Sequence record: DRR723986_7087
Reading direction: 5' to 3' (one strand)
Length of the DNA stretch: 64,000 bases
The translations under genes were made by a program, and so were the position numbers. The notes beneath the pieces are model-generated. The model worked only from the letters and a program-made list of their open reading frames with translations, was not told the DNA's origin and searched no databases. The first letter of the stretch is position 1; every line of letters begins with the position of its first letter. This document shows, in pieces, positions 12,753-22,493 of the stretch.

Positions 12753-14152
12753 TGGACTTTTTGCCGCTGTTCACCAAACTCGACGGTAAGACCTGTTTGC
12801 TGGTGGGCGGTGGCGAAGTCGCCTTGCGCAAAGCCCGGCTTCTCAGTAAAGCAGGAGCGATCCTGCGCGTTGTCGCCCCGGATATTGCCCCTGAGCTGGA
12901 ACAGCTTGCCCGTGAATCGGGGCAATGTTTGCACGCGGATTACCGCTTGGATTACCTGGATGGCGTGTTTTTAGTCATCGCCGCCACCGATGACCAAGCC
13001 CTCAATGAGCAAGTGTCGCGGGACTGCAACGCGCGCAATATTCCGGTAAATGTGGTGGATAACCCGCCGCTGTGCAGCTTTATTTTGCCGGCAATTATCG
13101 ATCGTTCGCCCATCGTGGTGGCAGTGAGCAGTGGCGGTAAAAGCCCGGTGCTGGCCCGGATGATTCGCTCGCGGTTGGAATCGAGCATTCCCGCCGCTTA
13201 CGGGCGACTAGCCGGTTTGGTCGGACAATTTCGCGACGCCGTTAAAGCCCGTTTTGACGACATAGAAGATCGCCGTGACTTCTGGGAGCAAACGCTCCAG
13301 GGGCCTGTGGCGGAGATGGTCTATGCCGGGCAAGAACAAGCGGCCGGCGAAATGCTCAGCAAATTGATCAACGAGGCAGAGCTTCGTCCTGGCGGCGAGG
13401 TATACCTTATTGGTGCCGGGCCTGGCGACCCGGACTTAATGACGTTTAAGGCGCTGCGGCTATTACAGCGCGCGGATGTTGTCCTGTACGACCGCTTGGT
13501 CGCACCGGAAATCGTCGAGTTGTGCCGCAAAGATGCCGAGCGTATTTTCGTGGGCAAAGCGCGCTCGAATCATGCGGTGCCCCAGCAAGACATCAACGCC
13601 TTGTTGGTTGAACACGCCAAGCAGGGCCGAAAAGTCGCTCGCTTAAAAGGCGGTGACCCCTTTATTTTTGGGCGCGGCGGTGAGGAAATTGAGCAGCTGG
13701 CAAACGAATCGATCCCTTTTCAGGTTGTGCCAGGCGTAACTGCTGCGGCCGGTTGCGCGAGCTATGCCGGTATACCGCTGACCCACCGCGACTACGCACA
13801 GTCAGTGCGTTTTGTTACCGGCCATTTGAAAGACAACAGCATTAACCTGCCCTGGGCCGAGCTGGTTCATGGCCACCAAACGATCGTTTTTTACATGGGC
13901 CTGGTTGGCCTACCGGTGATCTGCGAGCAGCTCATCGCCCACGGTCGAAGCGCCGATACACCAATTGCTCTGGTGCAACAGGGCACCACGCGCCATCAAA
14001 AGGTAGTGGTAGCCACCTTGGCAACCATGGTTGAGGAAGTGGCAAAAAATCCCGTTAAAGCCCCCACGCTGATTATTGTCGGCGAAGTGGTCAGCTTGCG
14101 AGAAAAACTGGCCTGGTACGAGCACTACGATCTCGCGTCGCCAAGTTTGTAA
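12752..14152 (+). CDS. cysG: Siroheme synthase (fused dehydrogenase/chelatase and methyltransferase)
   Basis: [11 protein letters not shown]-domain; GAGPGDPDL and [17 protein letters not shown]-domain. Confidence 0.96.
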
Positions 14153-14205
14153 CATCGGTCGCTGCGGCGAGTCCCAATGCCATATTCACTTGATTCGGAG
14201 GTTTT

Positions 14206-15558
14206 GTGAGTCAGTTTGATTACGATCTGTTTGTCATTGGTGCCGGTAGCGGCGGTGTTCGCGCGGCCAGAATGTCAGCGTCGATGGGCGCCCGCGTGGC
14301 CGTGGCCGAAGCCCGTTATCTGGGTGGTACCTGTGTAAATGTCGGCTGCGTGCCTAAAAAACTGTTTAGCTATGCGGCCCATTTCACCGAGAACTTCCAC
14401 GATGCCGCCAGCTTTGGGTGGGATGTTTCGCACGGCCCGATCGACTGGCCGCGCCTGCGCGACAATAAAACCCGCGAAATTGAGCGCTTGAATGGCATCT
14501 ACGGCAATATTCTCAAAAATGCCAATGTTGATCTGATCAACGGTCACGCGCGCTTTGTCGACGAACACACAGTGGACGTAAACGGCAAACACTATCGCGC
14601 CGAACGGATTCTTATTGCTGTTGGCGGCTGGCCCTATATCCCCGATGTGCCGGGGAAAGAGCACGCCATTAGCTCCAATGAGCTGTTTTATCTCGATGAG
14701 CTGCCAGAACATGCCACGGTAGTGGGCGGAGGCTATATTGCCACCGAATTTGCCGGCATCCTCAACGGCCTGGGGGTTAAGGTCACACAAATTTACCGTC
14801 GCTCGCTGTTTCTGCGTGGCTTTGATGAGGAAATACGCGGCCACCTTGCAGAGGAAATGCGCCAGCGCGGCATCGAACTGCGTTTCAATGAAAGCGTCAC
14901 GGCAATCGAGAAAACCGCCGACGGCTTGCAGCTCCAGCTGGAGAGCGGCGGCGTGCTGAATACCGGCGCTGTGCTTTATGCCACCGGGCGCCAGCCGCTA
15001 CTCGAGGGGCTTGGGCTCGAAAACACCCGGGTTGCGCTCAACGAGCAGGGCTTTATTGCCGTGTCGGACACCTTCCAAACGGCGGCGCCCAGTATTTACG
15101 CACTGGGTGATGTCATCGGTGGCATGGAACTGACGCCTGTGGCGCTCGCCGAAGGAATGAATCTCGCGCGGCGACTCTATGGCGGCATTGACCAGGCGAT
15201 GGACTACGAATACATTCCCACAGCGATCTTCTGCCAACCCAATATTGGAACGGTTGGCTACAGCGAGGAACAAGCGCGGGAGAAATTTGGCGATATCAGC
15301 GTGTTTACGTCGCAGTTCAAGCACCTGAAACACACCCTCACTGAGAATCCGTCAAAGGTATTTTTGAAGCTGATTGTCGATAAAGCCTCAGACCGCGTTG
15401 TCGGCATTCATATGCTCGGAGATGATGCCGGCGAGTTAATCCAGGGCTTTGCAGTGGCGATAAAGGCGGGGGCAACCAAAGCCGTTTTCGACGCCACTAT
15501 TGGCATTCACCCCACGGTCGCTGAAGAGTTTGTGACCATGCGCGAGGCCAGCCGATAA
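14206..15558 (+). CDS. gor: Glutathione-disulfide reductase
   Basis: GAGSGGVRAAR, GGTCVNVGCVPKK and IHPTVAEEFVTMR motifs. Confidence 0.95.
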   Translation: MSQFDYDLFVIGAGSGGVRAARMSASMGARVAVAEARYLGGTCVNVGCVPKKLFSYAAHFTENFHDAASFGWDVSHGPIDWPRLRDNKTREIERLNGIYGNILKNANVDLINGHARFVDEHTVDVNGKHYRAERILIAVGGWPYIPDVPGKEHAISSNELFYLDELPEHATVVGGGYIATEFAGILNGLGVKVTQIYRRSLFLRGFDEEIRGHLAEEMRQRGIELRFNESVTAIEKTADGLQLQLESGGVLNTGAVLYATGRQPLLEGLGLENTRVALNEQGFIAVSDTFQTAAPSIYALGDVIGGMELTPVALAEGMNLARRLYGGIDQAMDYEYIPTAIFCQPNIGTVGYSEEQAREKFGDISVFTSQFKHLKHTLTENPSKVFLKLIVDKASDRVVGIHMLGDDAGELIQGFAVAIKAGATKAVFDATIGIHPTVAEEFVTMREASR

Positions 15559-15561
15559 GCT

Positions 15562-15585
15562 GGCCTTCAAGGGAAGGCCCTTTTT
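15562..15585 (+). terminator. Rho-independent terminator after gor
   Basis: GGCCTTC-AAGG-GAAGGCC then CTTTTT. Confidence 0.65.
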
Positions 15586-17707
15586 AGGGCCGCCCGGCGA
15601 GTCTTTCCTGCTGGAACGCGGGAATCGCGTCCACCAGAATATGGCCGGCCTCATTTAGCAGCGGGTCAGGGCGTTTGTCTTTCTCTTCACCCTCATTCTC
15701 CGCCTCGGTATCCGGGCTGATCAACAGATCATCCGGGGTATCGAGCTCGTCATCTTTCAGCACATCCAAGGGTTTTTCACCCTTGGCCACACGACGGCGG
15801 TTTTCCATCGCCAACTGCAAGGCTTTTTGCTCTTCGCGCTCTTTTTTACGCTTGGCAATATTCAGCGACAGGTACTTTCTGTCACGATATTTTTCTATTG
15901 CCGCTAATTGCTCTTTCAAAAAACGAAAATCAGGATCTTTAGCAACGCGCTCCTCGTGGCGTTTTTCCAACTTATCCAGGCCACTGCGCAGGTCGTAATA
16001 ATAGCTGTGGCGAGCGCGGGCGATGCGGTCCCACGCCATCGCATTGTCGAGAATGCTCTCGCCAATCTGCTCGGAATCGTAGAGGGGAGGGAAGCTGATA
16101 TCGGGAATCACGCCGCGGTTTTGGGTGCTGTCACCCGAAATGCGGTAAAACTTCGACTCGGTCATTTTTAACTGACCGTGGCTCAGCGGGTTTACCGACT
16201 GCACCGTTCCCTTACCGAAAGACTGGGTACCGATCACAATACCGCGCTGGTAGTCCTGAATGGCACCGGCGAAAATTTCCGACGCAGATGCGCTCATGCG
16301 GTTGATCAATACCGCCAGCGGGCCGGTGTAGTAGGGCGAGCTGCGGCGCTTACCTTCGCGAATCACCCGGGAATTGGACTGGCGTATCTGCACCGTCGGC
16401 CCGGATTCAATGAACAGGCCCACCAGACCGTTGGCCTCGGCAAGCGAGCCGCCGCCATTGTCACGCAGGTCGATCACAATACCTTCCGCGCCCTCAGCCA
16501 GTAGTTCACCAAGAATGCGATGCACATCACGGGTGGTGCTGCGGAAGTCCGGATCACCCATGCGGAAGGCGTCAAAATCCAAGTAAAAGGTTGGGATATC
16601 GATAACCCCAATCTTTCTAACCTTGCCCGAGGCATCTTCAATATCAAGGATCTCTCCCTTGGCACTTTGCTCTTCGAGCTTCACCTCGTTGCGCTCGATC
16701 ACAATTTCCTTGCGCTCTTCGTCGCTATGCGCCAGCGCAGGAATAACTTCTAAGCGCACAACCGACCCCTTCGGGCCGCGAATCAGGTCGACAACATCGT
16801 CCAGGCGCCAGCCAATTACATCCTGCATATCACCCTTCTTGCCCTGGGCAACACCGACAATACGGTCTGCAGGCTGCAACTCACCCTGCTTATCGGCAGG
16901 GCCGGCAGGCACCAGCCGCACGATCTTGGTGTAGTCGTCTTCCATTTGCAGAACAGCGCCGATCCCCTCGAGCTTCAGGCTCATATTAATCTGGAAGTTT
17001 TCCGACAGCCTCGGCGAAAAGTAATCGGTGTGGGGGTCATACAGCGACGCGAGGGCATTCGCGTAGATTTGGAAGGCGTCTTCCGCCTCGAGCTGAGTCA
17101 GGCGCTTCACCTGATTACGGAAACGCTTCTCCAGCAACTCAACGATGGCTTTATCTTCTTTGCCCGCCAGCTTTAAACCGAGAACACGATTTTTCAGCTG
17201 CTTGCGCCAAATCTCATCGGCTTCGGTCTGGTTTTTTGGCCAGGGCTGTTCAGAGCGGTCCAGCAAAAAGCTCTCGTCGACACTGAAGTCCATCGCTGCG
17301 ACGGTTTTTTCCAGATCGTCTAGGCTGCGCTCCAAACGGTTCACAATACGTTGACGATAGCGGTTAAAAATCAGAAAACCTGTATCCAGGCGGCCTTTTT
17401 TCAGTTCATCGTCCAGGCGGTCGCGATATTGCTGAAAACTGGCAATATCCTCGGCGAGTAAAAACTGTCGATTGGGGTCCAGGTCACTGAGGTAGGCATC
17501 CAACAAACGCGACGACGACGCGTCATCAACAGCCAATTTTACATAGTGGCTGCTATTGAGTTGGTTGAGCATGTCGCGAATCGCCTTGCGATGCTCTTTG
17601 CTGGGTTCTAAGTCGGTCAGCGCATGGGCGGGCGACAGCAAGAATAAAAAGAGGAGTGAAACGCTAGCGAAAAGGGTGCGCGACGAACGATGTTGAGTAA
17701 AAAGCAT
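15584..17707 (-). CDS. prc: Carboxy-terminal processing (tail-specific) protease Prc
   Basis: Signal peptide; YDPHTDYFSP; PDZ (LEGIGAVL); DLRDNGGGSL, SASASEIFAGAIQDY and SFGKGTVQ motifs. Confidence 0.95.
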   Translation of the reverse strand: MLFTQHRSSRTLFASVSLLFLFLLSPAHALTDLEPSKEHRKAIRDMLNQLNSSHYVKLAVDDASSSRLLDAYLSDLDPNRQFLLAEDIASFQQYRDRLDDELKKGRLDTGFLIFNRYRQRIVNRLERSLDDLEKTVAAMDFSVDESFLLDRSEQPWPKNQTEADEIWRKQLKNRVLGLKLAGKEDKAIVELLEKRFRNQVKRLTQLEAEDAFQIYANALASLYDPHTDYFSPRLSENFQINMSLKLEGIGAVLQMEDDYTKIVRLVPAGPADKQGELQPADRIVGVAQGKKGDMQDVIGWRLDDVVDLIRGPKGSVVRLEVIPALAHSDEERKEIVIERNEVKLEEQSAKGEILDIEDASGKVRKIGVIDIPTFYLDFDAFRMGDPDFRSTTRDVHRILGELLAEGAEGIVIDLRDNGGGSLAEANGLVGLFIESGPTVQIRQSNSRVIREGKRRSSPYYTGPLAVLINRMSASASEIFAGAIQDYQRGIVIGTQSFGKGTVQSVNPLSHGQLKMTESKFYRISGDSTQNRGVIPDISFPPLYDSEQIGESILDNAMAWDRIARARHSYYYDLRSGLDKLEKRHEERVAKDPDFRFLKEQLAAIEKYRDRKYLSLNIAKRKKEREEQKALQLAMENRRRVAKGEKPLDVLKDDELDTPDDLLISPDTEAENEGEEKDKRPDPLLNEAGHILVDAIPAFQQERLAGRP

Positions 17708-17844
17708 AAATTACCTGTGTTTTTCCGCTGTGGTTCAGCCTTACGACTAATTTTCCGGTGATTTCCTATCAGCGGATTTCCCGTATCGGTATACCGCGTT
17801 ACACTGAAAATATCCACTTAGGCTAACTGATGGAGCCCGCAATT

Positions 17845-18216
17845 GTGAGTAAAAACCCTAAAGTGACAGCCGTTGAAACATATATCAAGGCGCTGACTGA
17901 GCACGACCTCGGCGCAATTGACGCACTTTTTGATGACAACGCTACCGTGGAAGACCCAGTCGGCGGGGATGTCATTCGCGGTAAGGACGCTATTCTAGGA
18001 TTCTACAAGACCGCATTTAGTTCCGGCATTTCTGCAAGATTAGAGGGCGCAGTGCGCTTAGCCGCTAACCATGCAGTGTTTCCCTTTGTGGTAGAACTCA
18101 ACCCCGGCAACGGCGAAATGCGCCTGGAAGTCATCGACCAATTCACCTTTAATGACGTCGGAAAAATCTGTGCAATGAAGGCATTTTGGGGTGAAGAGAA
18201 CATGACAACCCCCTAA
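17845..18216 (+). CDS. ksi: Steroid delta-isomerase (ketosteroid isomerase)-like NTF2 protein
   Basis: Aligns by eye with Comamonas KSI as I recall it: Y (ETY), ATVEDPVG, GFY, VIDQFTFN..GKI..M.A; GTG start with GGAG RBS. Confidence 0.75.
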   Translation: MSKNPKVTAVETYIKALTEHDLGAIDALFDDNATVEDPVGGDVIRGKDAILGFYKTAFSSGISARLEGAVRLAANHAVFPFVVELNPGNGEMRLEVIDQFTFNDVGKICAMKAFWGEENMTTP

Positions 18217-18241
18217 CGCCGCCCCGCCAAATGCCTGTCAC

Positions 18242-19315
18242 CTAGCGAATGATCGCCACCGACTTAATTTGTGCAAACACCGACATACCCACGGTTAAGC
18301 CCAAGTGGTCGATACTTCGCCGGGTGAGCCTCGCCAATAGGCGCTCGCTACCCAGCTGCAATGTTAGTACCTGCATGGCGCCTACCGCCTCATCACTGAT
18401 TGCCGTTATCGAGCAGGGCAGCACATTCAAAATACTGCTGTCGCCGTGGGCAGACAGGCTGATACTCACGTCCTGCGCGCGAATACGCAGGCGCTGCTCG
18501 CTCCCTAAGGCTTCATCGTTGTGTTGTACCCAAAGTGCACCCCCATTAAAGGCCAATTCCGCGAGTTGCCATTGCTCATCAATGCGGTTCACCCTGGCAC
18601 GCAGTACCGCCGACACATCCGCGCTGCCGGGCCGGGCAATCACCTGCTGCATGAGCAGCTCTTCCATTGGCCCGTAGTGGCTGACGTTGCCGTTTTCCAG
18701 CATTAGCAGGGTATCAGCGAGGCGGCACACCTCATCAACAGAGTGGCTGACATACAGAATAGGAATATTCGACGCGCGGCAGAGTGTTTCCAGATAGGGC
18801 AATATCTCGGCTTTTCTGCGGTCGTCCAGGCCGGATAGGGGCTCGTCCATCAGCAGCAACTCTGGGCCGATTAACAGCGCTCGCGCAATCGCCACACGCT
18901 GGCGTTCTCCCCCCGACAACTGATCTGGCCTGTGCGACATCAATGCGGCAAGGTCCAATAAGTCCACTACTTCTTCCAATGCCGGCGCTTGGGGCGCTGC
19001 GCGCCGCTGTGCATAGCGGAGGTTGCCCGCCACACTGAGGTGTGGGAACAAACTCGCCTCTTGAAAAACGTAGGCGATCGGCCGGCGGTGGCAGGGCAGG
19101 GAATGGCGCCCTTGCTGCCAGCAAGCGTCGCCAAAAAACAACTCGCCGCGAGCGCGCTGTAAGCCTGCGATGCAGCGCAGCAACGTTGTTTTTCCCGAAC
19201 CGGAAGGACCAAATATCGCCGTAACACGGTCCATTGGCAGGGAAAATTCGGCATCAAGCGCGAACTTGTCGCCGGGAAACGCCAATCTAAAATGACCTGA
19301 AAGCTGCTTTACCAC
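18242..19315 (-). CDS. modC: Molybdate ABC transporter ATP-binding protein
   Basis: GPSGSGKTT, VFQEASLFPHL, LSGGERQRVAI; C-terminal TOBE domain (SSILNVL, VFAQIKSV). Confidence 0.95.
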   Translation of the reverse strand: MVKQLSGHFRLAFPGDKFALDAEFSLPMDRVTAIFGPSGSGKTTLLRCIAGLQRARGELFFGDACWQQGRHSLPCHRRPIAYVFQEASLFPHLSVAGNLRYAQRRAAPQAPALEEVVDLLDLAALMSHRPDQLSGGERQRVAIARALLIGPELLLMDEPLSGLDDRRKAEILPYLETLCRASNIPILYVSHSVDEVCRLADTLLMLENGNVSHYGPMEELLMQQVIARPGSADVSAVLRARVNRIDEQWQLAELAFNGGALWVQHNDEALGSEQRLRIRAQDVSISLSAHGDSSILNVLPCSITAISDEAVGAMQVLTLQLGSERLLARLTRRSIDHLGLTVGMSVFAQIKSVAIIR

Positions 19316-19317
19316 GG

Positions 19318-20013
19318 CTAGAAACCCAATACTTTTGCTGAGCGCTTGCCGCTGCGAAGCCCATGCAGCAGTAGCATGGTAATAAAGGATAGCGCCAACA
19401 TCAGCGCGGCGAGGCGATGCGCTCGGGGGTAGTCGAGGGCTTCCACATGTTCATACAGCTGCACCGAGAGCACCTGGGTTTCACCCGGAATATTGCCGCC
19501 AATCATCAGCACCACACCGAACTCGCCCAGCGTGTGGGCAAAACCCAGCACCGCCGCAGTGATAAACCCCGTTCGGCACAGCGGTAATAACACCGTGAAG
19601 AAACGATCAATTGGGCCGGCACGCAAAGTGGCGGCCACTTCAAAAGGGCGCTCGCCCATGCTTTCCATTGCGTTTTGTATGGGCTGTACCACAAAGGGCA
19701 GCGAATAAAACAAGGAGCCAATCACCAAGCCCGTAAAGCTGAACGCCAGGCTCCCCATCCCCAAACGCTCGCTCATATAGCCTATGGGCCCCTCCGGCCC
19801 CATTGCCAACAGCAAATAAAAGCCAAGCACTGTAGGCGGTAGTATCAATGGCAGGGTGATCAGCGCCGCTACCGGAGCGCGCAACCAAGAGCGACTGCGG
19901 CTTAGCCACCACGCCAGCGGTGTCGAAATCACCAACAGTAAAACAGTGACGACCAGTGCCAATTTCAGAGTAAGTAAAAGCGCGGTCATATCCTGGCTAT
20001 CGAACCCAATCAT
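19318..20013 (-). CDS. modB: Molybdate ABC transporter permease
   Basis: [15 protein letters not shown] and [20 protein letters not shown] motifs. Confidence 0.95.
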   Translation of the reverse strand: MIGFDSQDMTALLLTLKLALVVTVLLLVISTPLAWWLSRSRSWLRAPVAALITLPLILPPTVLGFYLLLAMGPEGPIGYMSERLGMGSLAFSFTGLVIGSLFYSLPFVVQPIQNAMESMGERPFEVAATLRAGPIDRFFTVLLPLCRTGFITAAVLGFAHTLGEFGVVLMIGGNIPGETQVLSVQLYEHVEALDYPRAHRLAALMLALSFITMLLLHGLRSGKRSAKVLGF

Positions 20014-20762
20014 TCTGCGCCCTCCAGTGTGGGCAGCTGATAACCATCGTTACGAATGATCTGCTTAGCAACATCGGTTTGTAAAAACGCCAGAAACGCC
20101 CGGGCAGCATCAATATCGTCACAGCGAGTTAGCAGCACTCGCTGCTGCCTGATCGGCCGGTGCCAGTCATCGGGAATTAACCAATAATCGGTGGAAGAGG
20201 GGGGCATCTGGGCGCGCGCTAAAAGCCCCGCGTCCGCATTTTTGGAATATACAAATTGGTAGGCCTGGGCGATATTTTCACCGACTACCAGTCGCTTTGC
20301 CGCCGCTTTTTCTAGCTTGAAATGCCGCAAAACATCTTGTGCTGCTCGCCCGTAAGGGGCCAAACGCGGATTGGCAATGGCAAAGCGCGAATAGTGAAAT
20401 GCTGCCAGTTCACGCTGCCCATCTTTTTTTACCGGCCACAGCACTAAGCGGCCACGCGCATAGTCCTGGCGGCTGCCATCGACGACGAAGCCGCTTTCCT
20501 CCAGCGCTTTCGGGCGGGCGATATCAGCCGAGAAAAACATATCGAAGGGCGCACCTTGGCGAATTTGTGCGTATAGCTTGCCCGACGAACCGCGAACAAG
20601 CTCGGGGGACACTCCACCCAGGGTCGCGTAATGCACGGCGAGCTTCTCCAGTGTGGGGGCGAAATTCGCGGCCACAGCAATACGTAGCGGCGCCGCCACT
20701 GCAGCGCCAGACCACATACATATCAATAACAGGCCAAACAGTCGGTTCAACAACACAGGCAC
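20010..20762 (-). CDS. modA: Molybdate ABC transporter substrate-binding protein
   Basis: Signal peptide; [27 protein letters not shown] and ANP..APYGRAA motifs. Confidence 0.93.
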   Translation of the reverse strand: MPVLLNRLFGLLLICMWSGAAVAAPLRIAVAANFAPTLEKLAVHYATLGGVSPELVRGSSGKLYAQIRQGAPFDMFFSADIARPKALEESGFVVDGSRQDYARGRLVLWPVKKDGQRELAAFHYSRFAIANPRLAPYGRAAQDVLRHFKLEKAAAKRLVVGENIAQAYQFVYSKNADAGLLARAQMPPSSTDYWLIPDDWHRPIRQQRVLLTRCDDIDAARAFLAFLQTDVAKQIIRNDGYQLPTLEGAE

Positions 20763-20817
20763 CCTAAAATCAGGCAGCTAGTCTCGACCAAATTTAGGTA
20801 CGACACAAGCTGCGCCT

Positions 20818-21417
20818 CTACTTAGCCTCTATTCTGTTAGCTTCTAGTGCGTTTTGTGCGACAAGGGCCGCTGCGGCCTGACCCGCGTCGGTAATGTAGG
20901 CTGGGTCATGGTGGATCAACATACTCGACAGGGCACCTTCCAGCAGCAAAAACACCTGCCTCGCGGTAAGCGCCGGCGTGGCCAGCCCTGCGGCACTAAA
21001 GACCTCGGTTAACCATTGCTCCACATTCTTTTTATGCCAAGATGCGGCTTTCATCGCCGGGTGCCCTGGTTTGTTCGCCAGCTCTCCGGCTGTACGCTGA
21101 AAACCGCAGCCGCGCCATTTTGGGTGGCTGGTCGCCCTGGCCACATTGGCAAATATCGCTGCTACTTTGTCGGTGACTTCCCCATCCTGCTCGGCGAACG
21201 CCTGCTGATAAGCAGCCAAATTTTGTTGGTCCCGCGAGCGTAAATACGCCGCTATTAAGTCATCCTTGCTGGCAAAGTGGTAGTACACCGTGCGTTTGGT
21301 AACCCCCGCCTTGTCGGCGATTGCATCAACACTCGTCGCCTTCACGCCCAGCAGGTAAAACAAGGTGTTGGCCGCCTGCACAATCTTTTCTTTGGTGTCG
21401 CCCTTGGGTTTCGTCAT
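20818..21417 (-). CDS. TetR/AcrR family transcriptional regulator
   Basis: N-terminal HTH: SVDAIADKAGVTKRTVYYHFASKDDL. Confidence 0.92.
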   Translation of the reverse strand: MTKPKGDTKEKIVQAANTLFYLLGVKATSVDAIADKAGVTKRTVYYHFASKDDLIAAYLRSRDQQNLAAYQQAFAEQDGEVTDKVAAIFANVARATSHPKWRGCGFQRTAGELANKPGHPAMKAASWHKKNVEQWLTEVFSAAGLATPALTARQVFLLLEGALSSMLIHHDPAYITDAGQAAAALVAQNALEANRIEAK

Positions 21418-21420
21418 TAG

Positions 21421-21446
21421 GTATACCGTATAGTGAGTGTACTATA
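21421..21446. promoter_or_regulatory. Candidate TetR operator in the divergent intergenic region
   Basis: Overlapping inverted repeats TATAGT-N6-ACTATA (21429-21446) and GTATAC-N10-GTGTAC (21421-21442) just upstream of the tetR start. Confidence 0.5.
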
Positions 21447-21511
21447 TGCTACGCCACTCCTATCCTCGTGAACAAGGTCTTTAACAGCCCATTCACAACG
21501 AGGAAACGACT

Positions 21512-22303
21512 ATGGACAGTACCGTATTATTTGAGCAACAGGGCGCCGTTGCACTGCTGACCCTAAACCGGCCAGAAAAATTAAATGCACTGAATTACGC
21601 CACAAATGATCGCCTATTAAGCCTGCTCGACCAGATAGAAGATGCCCCCGGCATTGCTGCCGTAATTCTCACTGGGGCAGGGGACAGAGCCTTTTCTGCT
21701 GGAGGCGACATTCATGAATTCACACAGAGCATTGAGCAAGGCACCGATATCGCTGCAAAAGCATTCGTTAACCGTGGCCAGCGCATGACGGCAAGGCTGG
21801 AGTCATTTCCCAAGCCTATTATCGTCGCCGTAAATGGCATCGCCTTTGGTGGTGGCTGCGAAATTACCGAGGCCGCTCACTTAGCGATTGCCAGCGAACG
21901 AGCCGTCTTCGCCAAACCGGAGATTAATATCGGCATTCCACCGACCTTTGGCGGCACCCAGCGCCTGCCGAGGCTGGCAGGAAGAAAACGCGCACTAGAA
22001 CTGCTGCTAACCGGAGACCAATTTTCAGCGCAGCGAGCCTATGAAATCGGCCTGGTAAATAGCGTCGTGCCCCATGAACAACTATTAAGCGGCGCCATGC
22101 AGATGGCCGAGCGCATTCTGCGCCATTCACCACTTGCGGCGGCGCGCATACTCTCGGCCGTTACACGCGGCATCAATACCACCATAGACGAAGGCCTTGA
22201 GATCGAAAAACAACAGTTTGCTCGCATGGCCAGCACCAGCGACTGCAAAGAAGGCCTGCATGCCTGGATAGAACGGCGGCAACCGCAGTACACAGGTAAG
22301 TGA
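21512..22303 (+). CDS. Enoyl-CoA hydratase/isomerase (crotonase family)
   Basis: LTLNRPEKLNAL, AFSAGGDI, GGGCE and PEINIG..P.FGGTQRLPRL motifs. Confidence 0.93.
   Translation: MDSTVLFEQQGAVALLTLNRPEKLNALNYATNDRLLSLLDQIEDAPGIAAVILTGAGDRAFSAGGDIHEFTQSIEQGTDIAAKAFVNRGQRMTARLESFPKPIIVAVNGIAFGGGCEITEAAHLAIASERAVFAKPEINIGIPPTFGGTQRLPRLAGRKRALELLLTGDQFSAQRAYEIGLVNSVVPHEQLLSGAMQMAERILRHSPLAAARILSAVTRGINTTIDEGLEIEKQQFARMASTSDCKEGLHAWIERRQPQYTGK
21675..21682 (+). other. KOPS octamer (FtsK-orienting) pointing toward dif
   Basis: GGGCAGGG; other + strand copies at 4001, 16084 and 19094. Confidence 0.55.
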
Positions 22304-22423
22304 GCACGACGGTGAAGATTTCAAACAAAACCGACGATGAAGGCGAGCTGTGGTTAAAAAGCTAAAAGCCCGCCATAGCGAGGGGTCGCAAATGCCAACC
22401 TCTCGTTTTCATGCAAATATCTT

Positions 22424-22451
22424 ATTTAACATAATATATATTATGCGAATA
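22424..22451 (-). other. dif: Chromosomal dif site (XerC/XerD recombination site)
   Basis: Minus strand TATTCGCATAA-TATATA-TTATGTTAAAT. XerD arm is identical to E. coli dif; XerC arm is Pseudomonas-like (ATTCGCATAA). Intergenic, between convergent genes. Confidence 0.93.
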
Positions 22452-22493
22452 TCCGGTATTTGCTAAATCAACTCCGGATCCTCCCTGGAGCGG

